64,000 nt of DNA from Podarcis erhardii (Eukaryota), in the NCBI GenBank assembly GCA_964252035.1, contig OZ176200.1; one strand, written 5' to 3'. Both the position numbers and the translations under genes were made by a program. A model generated the notes under the pieces. The model was not told the DNA's origin. It did no database searches and worked only from the letters and a program-made list of their open reading frames with translations. Below, piece after piece: positions 26,278 to 38,800 of the stretch (position 1 is its first letter; each line of letters starts with the position of its first letter).

Positions 26278-26315
26278 GTATCTGAAGAAGTGTGCATGCA
26301 CACGAAAGCTCATAC
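26278..26315 (+). ncRNA. Minimal type I hammerhead ribozyme motif, sense in SLC49A4 intron 2
   Basis: Stem I GTAT/ATAC, core CUGANGA and GAAA, stem II GTGTGC/GCACAC, palindromic AGCT in place of stem III, predicted cleavage after CUC at 26311. Confidence 0.8.
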
Positions 26316-27810
26316 CAAGAACTAACTTAGTTGGTCTTTAAGGTGCTACTGGAAGGATTTTTTTTTATTTTGTTTTGACTATGGCAGACCAACACGGCTA
26401 CCTATCTGTAACTGCAATAGGTCTTACATGAAAAAGCAAGGGGTGAGAAGGTGAAAAATGGCTTTGTCATGTATAATGAGATAAGAATCCAATGTCTTTG
26501 TTCAGACCAGGTCTCTCCATGGTTTTAAGTTTGGTAATAAGTTGCAATTCAGCAGCTTCTCTTTCCAGTCTATTTCTGAAATTCCTTTGTAATAGAACAG
26601 CTACTTTGAGATCTTGTATAGAATGTCCTGGGAGATTGAAGTGTTCTCCTGCTGGTTTCTCTGTCTTGTGATTCCTGATGTCAGATTTATGTCCGTTTAT
26701 CCTTTGGCGTAAGGTTTGGCCTGTTTGTCCAATATAGAGAGCTGAAGGACACTTTTGAAGGTAAACTTGCTTGCCCAATTACTAGCTCAAAGGAAAGTTA
26801 ATGCAAATTAATTCTAACTTCAAGATTTTGATTTGGCCACAAAGCTTATTTTTTAAAAATCAAAAAATCAGGTGTTCTAGTTTGGCTTTCACAAACTTTA
26901 GTCTTGAGGCAAAGGATAAGTAATTGATTATTTCATAATCCCCTCTGTTGAAATGTTCTTCTTATTTTCTTTCATAGTTTTGGTTTCAGGCTTGTTATGA
27001 AAAGCTTCATACTCTTAGATTGAACTCTCAGAGTTCACTATGTTGCTTGGTACCTGAAAATAATTAGCTGAATATTGGAAAAGTAATGTATAAACCTGAG
27101 CACAGAGTATAGAAATCGATCAAAATACATCTCTTACCTTAGCCAGTCTTAAAAATGCTTTCCTATCGGTCCAAGTGCGGAACAAAATTGTCTTGCTCTT
27201 CTCATCTTTCATACAAAAGACATCTTGCATTACAGAATCAAACTTAAATTACAGTATTAGGCAGTGAGGGAAAATGCAGTTGCTCTTTGCTCCTTCTGGA
27301 TAACAGAAACAAGAAGAAAATGGGGAAATAACGGGAACAAATGTTTCTAATCTCAGAGCAATTTTTAGAACAGATGATGGTTTGTAAGAAAGAGTTCCGA
27401 TAGTCCTTTCAGGCTGAAATCTGCTGCAGTGATAACAAGACACCATAAAAAAAGCAAAATGCACTGATACTGTTGTGTTCATATTTTTCTGTCAGCTATA
27501 TTAGCTGCTACAAATTTGTCTTCTAGAATAGTAGTAGATTACTCCATACATTGAACCATATCATGGGTATCTCCTATCTGTCCGTCTCTAGAAGATAAGG
27601 TGGAGATACACAAAAAACCCCAATGAAAAGTGGCTTAATTCTGACAGAGTTCATAAATCAGTGAATTAATACAAGTATGTGGTAGAGAGATTTCAACAAG
27701 GCTTCTGGTTTTGTTATTTGGAATGTATAAAGGCAGTAAATGCTGGGAAATGGAAGAGGACAGATTGTCGGTGGTTGGGAGTGTTTACTTCAAACCTCTT
27801 CCAAAGTGAA

Positions 27811-27840
27811 TTAATAATAATAATAACAATAATAATAATT
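27811..27840. repeat. (AAT)n microsatellite, likely the tail of a reverse L2/SINE remnant
   Basis: TAATAATAATAATAACAATAATAATAAT followed by TTATTTGTATCCTGCCCT. Confidence 0.7.
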
Positions 27841-30800
27841 TATTTGTATCCTGCCCTCCCCGGCCGAGGTCGGGCTAAGAGCCGCAAACATCATAATTAG
27901 GTTACTGACTTATCACCTAGCTTATACATCCCTCCATGACATCCACTTTTATAGAGTGAAGGAAAATATAATAAGACAAACCTGCAAAACAAGTGAAAAA
28001 AAGATGCTTACTAGTGCTCCAGAACTGGTCTGTGACCCCAATAATAAAATTTATTTTATTTACTAGTGCTAAAAATTACTTTCCTTTTCAGAATGATCCT
28101 CCATGTCACACAACTTGAATAATGGATCTGCTAAATTACCCACTGGGAATTGTTACACACCCTGAGGTGAACAGCTAACTTGGGGGGCTGCTTCAGACAG
28201 AGTGTAGAAACTGGGAATCTAAGGCTGCAATCCCGTACCAATTTACCAAAAGTAAGGCCCACTGAACTTAGCAGGACTTACTTCTGAATAAGCTGCGTAG
28301 GATTGAGCTCCACGTATTTCAAGATGTCTGTTTGTTTGTTTGTTTGTTTTGAACACTTGTTCCTGCTCTTTAGCCAAAAGGGACAGGGAGGGGATAGAGA
28401 AAAAAGCAAATTTTGATACCAATTCTTAAATAGTAGTTCTTATAATAACCAGCTGGTATTGGAACAGCTCAGGGGTAGGAGGCGTGTGATGGAGCTGGTC
28501 TTTTGGCAGAGCAAGCTGATCTTTCAGGGTGGAATGAACCCTGTTTCCAATCTCCTCATCGTGCATGCCTGCAAAATATCTCTGCCAAAAGCATTATTTG
28601 GCAATCCAACAGATGGCAGCCCTATATATACTTGCTTGTTTACAAATTCAGTTTTTACCTTGCACCTTCAAGGTCCAATAATTACCAGGTCAACTAACAG
28701 ACAGTATAAGAGAATAAAAGGAAACAGCAGCAATATGTCATTAAAAAGCATTGTGGGGAAGGGAATTCTCATCTGGTACCAAGCAATCTTCCAAAGGCAT
28801 GAAAGCAGCACCAAAAAACGCCAGTCACCATCTGCTGCATGTCAGAAGGCAGGGTGTCTGGAGGAGAACCTTAGATGATGATCTTAGTGAGCAGGCAGAC
28901 TGGTATGAGAGAAAGCACTCCAATAAATACGGTATATTGGTACCAAACCCTGTATAGGGCTTTTAATAGGTTAATGCCGGCTCTTTTAATTGAGTTCAGA
29001 AACTAACTGAGAAACTAATGAAGATATTTCAGTACAGGTAATGGTGTCACAGTTTCCATCCTTGGGCCACTCTAGTTGTGAGGACAACAGGGTCATTGCA
29101 TTTTAAAGCCAGGGTTGTACAAGTCATTAAATGCCTTGGAATCATTTAATCAATCACAAAATCAGTAAAGGCTGTTAAAAGGGGCAACTAGTTTGGTTCA
29201 GTGAAGTGAACTAATGTATTTGTTGAGTAGAATTAAGTCTGAAAGTCCTGCATTTAAATACCATGTCTATTTCATGCTGTAGCCACAAGGGTAGATGAGA
29301 GAGGATTTAAGCAGGGAGAACGTTTGGTGTTCCACATTAGACAGCAAAACATATTTGGGAGGGAGAGAGGGAGACCTACTGCTTTTAGAGGCAGCAATAT
29401 GTTGATCATAGCATGGCTGAGAAGATGCATGGCCGGCAGGAGTGGGGGGGGGGCAGCAAGTTCTGTTTTGAGTTTCTGACAACAGTCCACTTGGTAGAAG
29501 CAGCAACTTTCTTTTATCACTTCCCTCTTACTTCCTCCCGCCCCCTTTCTAATCAGAGAGAGAGAGAGTGACTTGCTGCACAACTGTCATCTTCTCAAAG
29601 TGTCTGCCTTTTCTATTTGTTACTATGTTAAGCAGTCACGTACCTTATTACTTAACATTGTGGAAACAGTGACAATTGAGGCTCTTCGGCATGTCATTCT
29701 CATTGTCTTTGTTGATTATAATGTTTTGATGGAAGGCTTTGGAACTTTATAATCTGCTGTTTTCCCCATATGTAACCCTTTCTCTCTTTTGTTTATACAT
29801 AGTGTCAGTGAAAATTACGTTTGCAGCTTGCATAAACTGGATAATACAGCTTCATGCATCCATCATGTTGTGATTCCAGTTTGCACATACAACCCAATCT
29901 GAGTTCTCTTTTCACTGTCCCAATGTGTGCGGCAGTATTTGAGGTGGTTTCTTCGTAACAGATTTCCCTAGTACAAAATAACAGAGCAATTCCAGATTTC
30001 AGTCCGAAGTGATTTTGCTAATTTATGTTTTGTTTCTATAAATGATTACTGAAATGCATACATTTGTATGATGGAATGTATTTCAATCCACCTCAATATA
30101 GAGCAGATAATGAATTCTACTGTATGTTGTTAATCTTCTTGGGGAATTTACATTAGAGAGGAGATAATTGACTACATTGGAAGCAGACCAGTATGTCTGC
30201 CCCTGCAAAAGTATGACCATTGTTTAATTATTTGCTAAGTGTTTGGGAGTTTAGTTTTGCATATTGCCAAGAAGGAGCATATGGCTGCCTAACACTGCAT
30301 TGGCATATTATTTCAGTGACAACAAGGCTGGAGAGATTGTATGGCCTCTGGAATTGTATATCAAAGGCCTTAGATTGTATAATTGTGCAAAGTTATTAAT
30401 CTTAGTTTACAACAGAACTCTTAGCCTTCAGTATGTATGTCACAGCATAATGATAGATTCCCACTCTTTCTCCTCTGAGATCTCTTTTTAAGTTTTGTTG
30501 TGAAATCCTTGATTACCTTAATGTCCCCCCCAAATAATAAATAAAAAGGAATTGACATGTTCATCAAACTTAAAGAACACACACACACCTGACAGTGCCT
30601 TGTACTTAAACACTACATCATAAAACCTTAATGTTTGTCAGATTTTCTGTTCTCTAAATTCTAAACGGATTCAATGCTGCGAGAGATTTAATAGCAGCTA
30701 TGCAATCTTTTTTTGACAGATCAGTATTTTTACCAAAAAGTTGGCATGTGTCTCCCCCTCCTCCTCCTGCAATTATTGGAGTACGAATGACATATGCAGA

Positions 30801-31441
30801 AATAACAAAGTTGCCTAGACTTTCCATACCCCAAGGACAGCTGCCTCTTCTTAAAAAGTATTTTGACTTCTTTGTGTGAAGGCTACCGGGTTTATTTGAG
30901 AGAACCCAAATAATACAACAGCTTCTTACCAGCATATAGTTGTTTCCCCACTGAATGTCATTAGTTAAGATTGACAAATGTCATTGTATTTCAAGTTGCA
31001 TTTTAGAAAAAGGAGTATAGGAAAATCTAACTCTTCTCAGTTTGTATTACAGAATGTTTTTAGCCTGCTGAGAAATTACTTATGTATCAAGGAGACTGCA
31101 CCAAATCAAATAATCTAACCCAATTAACTTTAAAATATTGGTACCATAATCTGTTAGGTAAACAAATTTAATCTCTTAGATTTTTACCAATATTAGTAAC
31201 TAATTAGTCATAGTTGACATTGACCCCACTCCTTCACCTGACTCATCTGGCATGTGGAGAGGATTTGGGGCAAAGGAAGAGGCAGGTTCTGCTTTCATTC
31301 CATGTCTTGGAAATGCTCAGCAGCAGCGACAGTATCTCAAAATTGTCTCCAAGTGTGGTATGAAGGGAGAAACTTACCCCCACCCACCGTGGTAGCTTTG
31401 TGCCTGGCCAGTAAATGTCTTGTGTTGTGCTTTCTCCCTAG

Positions 31442-31704
31442 GATGATCCACGGAGGACAGCTGTTGAATGGATTGGCAGGCCCTACTGTCACTAGCGCTG
31501 CTCCATTCCTCTCCACTACATGGTTTTCACCAGATGAGCGTGCCACCGCCACAGCTGTTGCATCATTGATTGGTTACCTTGGTGGAGCATGCGCTTTTTT
31601 AGTAGGACCCTTTGTGGTTCCAGGACCGAATGGCACATCCACAGTTGCACCTGGAAGCAGCCCGGAGCATATCAAAGACCGCATTGAGGCTGTGTTGTAC
31701 GCAG
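31442..31704 (+). CDS. SLC49A4: SLC49A4 coding exon 3
   Basis: Acceptor TTTCTCCCTAG|G, donor GCAG|GTATCC. 263 nt, encodes [41 protein letters not shown]...GPNGTS...[12 protein letters not shown]. Includes the luminal N-glycosylation sequon NGT. Confidence 0.96.
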
Positions 31705-34700
31705 GTATCCAGAAGTAATTTCACACTTAATTTCATAATGTGCATCCATTAGGAGTTTGCTGGTGCCCTCTAGTGACTCCTCTGAAAATAAATCTCCATG
31801 ACTGTGAGCTCTAGAATGATTTGCCCTTAATTGTAAGAGCCAAACACTGGTTGTGGGGTGTGTAGCTGTTGATCTTACTGTTGACTTGAATATCGCCAGT
31901 CATTCCAGAGGTAATACCTCTTTCAGACTTCCCAAGCCAGACAGTTCCTCCAGCAAACATTTCATGAGATGGTTTAGTTCTGCTTTTCTCAATAACTGTT
32001 TTTCATAAGTCAGTAAAGTCCAGAATGAATTGCTTTCCTCTGTAAATCATTTTTAAGTTACCTTCAAAATATTTTTATTTTTATGTAGATTTTTGTCTAC
32101 ATAAAAATGGTAGGAAACTGCTTTATCACAGTAAATAGTTGTGTTAGGCCCCATCATTTATTTTAGCCCAAACACAAATGCCTTAAACTGATTTTCACAA
32201 AATTCAAAATGCTACCTCCGAATACATTGGTCATGCAACTTTTTCAGGAATGATATTGTGAGCAGCGTTTAGCAGAATTTTAGGATCCTGATCATGAGGT
32301 ATTCTCTAGAAAAGAAGAATTGCTTTGATCTTTGATTTAAGAAGAAATACAAAATAAAATCTTTAATAAACAAATGTGAATGGCCAATTCAGACTTAATT
32401 TGTTTTGGTGTCAGTGTTCACAGCTATCTTCCAGGGGTCAATAATTGAGCACAATTGGTTCCATTTTGGCTCCAATAGGCAGAAAAAGCTTTGCCTCTGA
32501 TGTATTTCTAAAGGCAGGCAGCCCCAGACCTCCAGGGCAGCCACTAAGAAGACATTTCCCTTATTTATGAATGTGATGCAAGGGTGGTAGCAAGTCTAGG
32601 CTGGGATTGAAAAGGAACACAAAGGAAAAGTAGTCTGCAGATTGTAGCTCCCCCCCCCCCCTTTACAAGTTTATATTAACAAGCAGATGCTAACTGGAGG
32701 TATGCTGGCTGTTTAGCTGTAAAAATAAATATTCAGTCAGTCAGTCATTCATTCATGTTGACTGGAGACGAAATGGCTGGAGTGTTGTGTTAATGCAGAA
32801 ACATTAAAATGTATCTGTTAGGCATGTGTTTGTATTAGTTGTTAGTTGGAAAGTTACAAGTAACCAAGGAATATAAAAGTAGTTGGTTTTTCAAGAGGAA
32901 AACTTTGACTTCCACTGGTTTCCATAGCTGGGAACTGCTTAAAATGTATTCTCACTTCTTGTGTACCTACTGGACCTTTTAATTTGTTGTTTGCCTTACA
33001 TATTGATCTGATTTGATCATTAAAGCCTTTGGCAATGAGGGCCAGGACACTAACTGCCCACAGCACCAATGTAGTATAGCTAAAAATGACAAACTAATTT
33101 TGCAGGCCGACCGGCAGATGTAAACTTTCAGCTGTTGTGAATACTTTGCATACCGGTATATTGTATTTTATTTAAATATTTATCAGTCCTTTTCTGAACC
33201 AAGCTCCCAAAAGATAGGGAACAAAATATAAGAATCAGAAAAACAAAATAAACCAACAATATATTAAGTGTATCTCAGCTGGTATAAAACAACAAAACAG
33301 CAGCATGGTGAATAAAACATATACATTAAAATCAATATGAAAACTTCTGAAATAGCAACTGGTGCCCGCCAATGTAGTCTCAGTTTATTTATTGATTGTA
33401 TTTTAAAAATTCCTAATCCGCCCTCTATCAGAACATGTTATCAGGGCAGGATATTATCACATAAACAGAAATTTAAAATACAACAAAAAATTCAGAGTAG
33501 ATAAACAATAAAACAGTGACTACAGACCCAGGCCATATTTGCCACTAGAGAGAGTGTATTATAATAATAATGCTGCTGCTGTATCCAGCACAGTAGTTAT
33601 GCTTGTGAAACGGGGTTCTGTTTCATCTCCTTCCCTGCACATCTCCAAAATCTGCTCTGTAGGGTCCCCCAACGCTCTGGAAATAATTTGGGTATTTGTG
33701 GGAGGCTGGATAGAACAGAAGAGGAAAAGGAAGTTTATTGTGTTGGTCTGTTGTGTGGGTAGAGCTGTAACACTGGATTTAGCCCATATAAAACTAGAAA
33801 TATTTACCCTTCACTTAGCAGACCTGTCAAACTCTTTGCATCATACTCATTTTTTTCTCTCGAAAAAAGGGGAACGAGTTTGGGGGTTTGGGGTGAGTGA
33901 TGATACTGACTTTTTCAGGACGTGTTGCCTTATCACAGAATGCTTTTTCTTTTAGCTTTTCGCATTGTGGTTATTGATTCTTTAGTGTAAAGAAGCCAAT
34001 ATTTATAGGGCATTGGGACAACCTTATATATTAGAATTGGGCAGGGAAGGCAGTTGGGCCAAATGTTGTATGTTCTTGTAAATGGCTGCTTGAGATTAAT
34101 TTGGCTGCCACTAGGCAGGTACAGCTGAATAAAGCTGAATGAATTTATGTAGACCTGCTTGCTGGTTTTACTGAAAACATTTGAGTTGAATCATTGTTTC
34201 TTCATTGATGTGACTTTGTATAAAACTCTGCATTGGAAAAGCTATGTGATTTGTACCATAGTTCTCTTGATCAGGTTGCTCCTACATTTTTGAACATGGG
34301 ATGCTAAAAGTAAACACCAGGAACTGGGAGGTGCTTCTGTGGTTTTCTGTTGCACATGCTTCCTTTTGAAGCATCAAGGACTTTTAATTTGTCAGATACA
34401 GGATACCGACTAGGGGCCACTTCTGTCTGGTCTTCTGTTTGGATTCAACTTTAGTGGATAATGCCATGACTATTGCCTTCGTTTTTCATATGTTCTGACC
34501 TCCTCTGCTTCATCCCTACATGGTTTGTCCCTTCTGCTGACACATGCTTTCAGACTCTATTCTTAGATTTAATTACTTCTGTGCTAGTATTGGAACCCTA
34601 TTTGAAGCTTAAATTTAAAGCCATGGATGGACTCCAAATAGCATATTAGGCTGCTATGAACCCCATACTCTTGTTGTTCCATCAGATGCTCACATAGCAT

Positions 34701-35225
34701 TTTGGACAGGATGCTTCCTTCCTGTTGTACTTTTCACCTGAAATGGTTTTCCTGCACTTTCCATTTCAGTCACTTCCCCTGCCCCTTGTTGCTTTCTAGT
34801 ACTACACAGTGCTTTTGCAATTAATCTTCTCCTCCTAAAATTCTACTGAGAATTTATGTAGGAGTTTAGATTGCTAAAAGCTCTTCCCCTACATTGTCCC
34901 AGTAAAGCTGCAGTTTATATATTTAACTTGGAGATTGCAATTTGCCACTTGTCTACATGGCCTGGGGTGAAATAGCAATTACTCAGTGAAGGAATAACAT
35001 TAGGTGGTGGTGGTGGGGTTGATGGTGTCCTAGTTGCCTGTCCTTTAAAGTTGAGGCATTCTACATCTCTTAGCCAAGGGAAAGATCAAAACTTTGCAGT
35101 GCCGGTTGTCCTTTAAAACCTGTCTCAGGTGCCTGGTCTTATAATACTGGGACTGGCCGGAACAACAGAGAGAGTGGACCCTGTGAGCAAAGAGTACTGT
35201 ATGTGTTTGTTCATTCCTTGTATTT

Positions 35226-35382
35226 NNNNNNNNNNNNNNNNNNNNNNNNNNNNNNNNNNNNNNNNNNNNNNNNNNNNNNNNNNNNNNNNNNNNNNNNNNN
35301 NNNNNNNNNNNNNNNNNNNNNNNNNNNNNNNNNNNNNNNNNNNNNNNNNNNNNNNNNNNNNNNNNNNNNNNNNNNNNNNNNN
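35226..35382. other. Assembly gap (N run)
   Basis: 157 consecutive N. Confidence 0.99.
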
Positions 35383-35666
35383 TCTGCTGTTTCTGTGCAC
35401 CAGGGTTCACTTTTTAATCAATGTGTGGATCAAATCGTATATTCTGTGAATATTCATATTCCATTCCTGTTGCACATCAGTAAGGTGGAGTCCCTATTGC
35501 CTCTTCTTGTTTGTTTTTTTGCACCTGTGGATAAAGATTTTCCAGAAGCGATTTGAGTTGAGATCTGTTATTCCAGTGTATCTGAACCAAATTTGAATTG
35601 CTTTGGTTTTGCACATGTATTTGCATTGCTGATATTGTTGAGTGCTTTGAGGTGTTTCATATGAAA

Positions 35667-35717
35667 TGATAATAGGATAATAATAGGATGATGATGATGA
35701 TAGCAGCAGCAGCAGCA
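35667..35717. repeat. Compound (GAT)n(GCA)n microsatellite just upstream of exon 4
   Basis: ATGATAATAGGATAATAATAGGATGATGATGATGATAGCAGCAGCAGCAGCA. Confidence 0.75.
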
Positions 35718-35757
35718 TCTACCATAACGGTTTGTTTTTCCCTTTGTATTCCCTTAG

Positions 35758-35887
35758 AATTTGGCTTTGTGGCCTTGATATTCTCTGCAGCCCTTGCCTA
35801 CTTCCCATCACGTCCTCCATTTCCACCCAGTGTAGCTGCAGCTAGCCAGAGGCTCAGCTACAGAAGAAGTTTTTGTAGGCTATTAAG
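35758..35887 (+). CDS. SLC49A4: SLC49A4 coding exon 4
   Basis: Acceptor TTCCCTTAG|AA, donor AG|GTATGT. 130 nt, encodes (E)[42 protein letters not shown](S). Confidence 0.96.
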
Positions 35888-38800
35888 GTATGTATACTTG
35901 GGCCAGCTTGGTACAGGAGGTCATGGCACTCCTGCCCTTTTTGTAATGTTTGTGGGTTTTAAAATAATATTGTAAGCTACAGTATTAAGCTACAGTATGT
36001 ATTGTAGTGTGTTGTATTGTAAGCTACAATACATACTGCTTTTCCAGGGTGCAGTCTTCCACAATTTTGAAATTACGTAGTCTCAATTACTATGGTACAA
36101 CAAATTGACTTTATAAGAGAAAGGCATTTTAAAAGCCAGTGAAACAGATTAGTTTGTTCATGTTGACTAAGAAGCTGAATCAGTTCTCTATTTTTAGTGA
36201 AGATTTTGTGTATCTTCATCGAAGCAAAATGAAGTCTCCTTACTAGTGTTGGACCTTACCAGTCAAGCCTAAATTGTGCAAGGAAAATGAACTATGCAGC
36301 ATTTTTTGTTTTTAAAAGTTTTTCTAAAACTGTAGGGAAATACATTCAGGAATCATTTCTATAGTTCTTTACTTCTAGAGAAGTTAATTTGAAGGTGGTC
36401 TGCTAAGCAAACTATGAGGAGTCAAGTTTTATTTTCTGAGTGTGAACTGAGTGGGTAGCAAAATGTATCTGTTACTTACTATTGATGACCGTTCTGCCAT
36501 CCTTATATAAGAAGATTGACAAGAGGAAACAGAGACTGAGTGGAGAGATAAAAACATCGGGGTGTGTGTGTGTGATCCTTTCTACTTTGGGTGGCGCACC
36601 AATGAACAGAGTGATTCCCCCATAAGACTTAATAATTCCTGTTTATTCTCTACTTAACCTAAACTTTCAAATATACCTTTGGAAATAATCACTAGAAGCT
36701 TACTCTTTCTTAAGGCAAAAACAGAGCTTCTCAGGGAACCTTCTTTTGCAGACAAACCTGTGTTCTATGCTTTTTCTGCATGCTCACAAAATTATACCAT
36801 ACGCCCTTGCTATACACTAATACATGATTCCTCATTTATATTCTCATCATTTCCTGACACGCCTTAGAAACTCAAGAGAAGATAATCTCTCAAATGATTT
36901 ATTCTTCTTCCCAGAGAACTTGAGTACTGCAAGGACAGAGAAGAAGAGACCCTAATTCCTCTGTTAATTGTGGCTTATATTTTTTGGGTCCCAAAATGGA
37001 ATTAGCCAGTCAGTAGAAACTGAGGAGTATGCGAGATACTGTTTTTTATATATAAAGTATCAATTTCCATTTAGGACACTTGGCACCATTTTTGCTGCTG
37101 TCACCTGAGAGCCAGCCTCCTTGTCTGCCTGCGGGCTGTGTTGTAAAAATGTTACTGTCAAATAAAAACCTGAATAACAGCTGGACCTGCAGGTGGAATA
37201 TAAAATGCCTATTGACAGGGCTCCATCTGGGAGCTATGTTAATAAAATGGATGCTTGTTCATAATATTCTAAACGCTAAATCTGAGATCCCTGTAAAGTT
37301 GAATGGAGAACTACAAAAGTTCAATTTTACCAGCTTTTTAAAGATAAAAGAAAAAAGAATACACTCCTATACTTACATACTGAATATATTTCTGTCTATG
37401 AGGCTGTAATTTGAAATGCTGGTCACGATTAATAATGTAAGAGCAGACTAATTCTTTGTTGGCTATTTCCCTTTTAAGAAGCCCTTGGAACTTACTCTTT
37501 CATTTACCTTGTACACTATATTTTCCTGACCTTCCAAATGCTTCTTCTTAATTTTTTGTCTCTTGAGTAGATGTGTATGTGTGTAACTAACCTGTCACTG
37601 GACGGATGTTTTAAATGGTTTTGGGAGAATTGTGAGGGTAAAATGGGGAGGAGAAGCATCTACACCACCTTGAGCTCCATATATAAATGAAATAAATAAA
37701 TACAGATAGTGCCTAGTATGCAAATTGTGTATGCTGTGCAAATATAATAATCTCAAAAGCTGTTGCCTTCAGAATTCTTCATGTGCTATCAGAGCGTATA
37801 CTGGTCAGGTTTAATCACGGCATTGTTATTTAGAATCTAGACAATGAATGAATAGTGCAGAAATTTTTCTCTTGAACTATTGTAGTTACTGGCCAGTAAG
37901 TGATTCGCATTGAGCTGCGTGTTGTGTTGTGTAAGCTCGTTTAGGAATATGCAGTGGTGTTGTTTTTTTGGATATCAGCAATACGCTGCTGCTGTTGCAT
38001 CCTTGCTTCAGTGCAAACTGGGGTGTTGGTGTTGGCGATTCATCCTCTGTGCATCCTATTCAGTGTCCTTTCTTTTCTATTTGTAATATTTGTGCTGAAG
38101 TGTGCATCAACATTGATGTCCGTGTTGTGTGATCAGTGTACAATTTCATTAGCTGTGTCAGCTCATGCTTGTTTGCCTACCGTATTTATCTGCCACTTTT
38201 CAGATAAATGTCACGGAGTAGTTTACATCAAGGCTGGGGAACCTGAAGGCCCACCAGATGTTCTTGGGCTAGCTACCATCATCTCTGGTTATTGACAGTC
38301 CTGGTTGGGCAATCATATCTGGTATATGGTTCCCTAGCCCTAACTTACATAAAATATTAATTCAGTAAGTACTACTAAAACTATGTAATAAAACAATAAA
38401 GACAAGCAGCAGAAGGAGAAACCCTATAGAGAGTCAAATTTCCTCTCAGAGAAGGATATTAAATAAATGGTATGTGTTTGGGTTTCCTTGTTTTCTGAGT
38501 GGAGTCTTGCGTTCACAATAACTGGTTCAAGGATTGTATTGGGTTCTTGTTATGTACCATAGGTGGTCCCCACTCCATTGTGTCCCCCCACCACTAGCAT
38601 CGCCTCTGATTCTTCTGCTGTGCTTGCGTTGGCCCACCATTGTAGTGTCTTCAAACACTTTGCTGAAGCATGACTTGTGATGCTGCACAGGTGGAGCTGC
38701 AGGCATTGCACTTGGTGCTGTTCACCCAGAATGGATGAGGCTGTTTATCATAGCTATTAATGGAAGGTGTTTAATCATTTTTGTCTAGAGTAAGTAGCTT

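Larger units (their letters stand above)
25554..26753. mobile_element. Penelope-like retroelement (locus 1): three segments, minus / plus / minus
   Basis: GIY-YIG endonuclease C-terminus (VYAIKCQQCP..LYIGQTGQ..RQRIN.HK...GEHF...H...DL...ELQLI) on + at about 25786-26097 and on - at 26467-26753. The 3' UTR/pLTR with a hammerhead motif is present on both strands. Confidence 0.9.

Noticed and set aside
26754-26778. MGKQVYLQK start of the 103-aa minus ORF as a real N-terminus
   Set aside because: These codons come from flanking intron DNA fused to the 5'-truncated Penelope endonuclease.
31705-31715. Intron 3 donor GTATCC resembles a U12-type 5' splice site
   Set aside because: Positions +7/+8 are AG rather than TT. 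The acceptor has a normal pyrimidine tract and only a weak CCATAAC about 30 nt upstream, so it is most likely a weak U2 donor.
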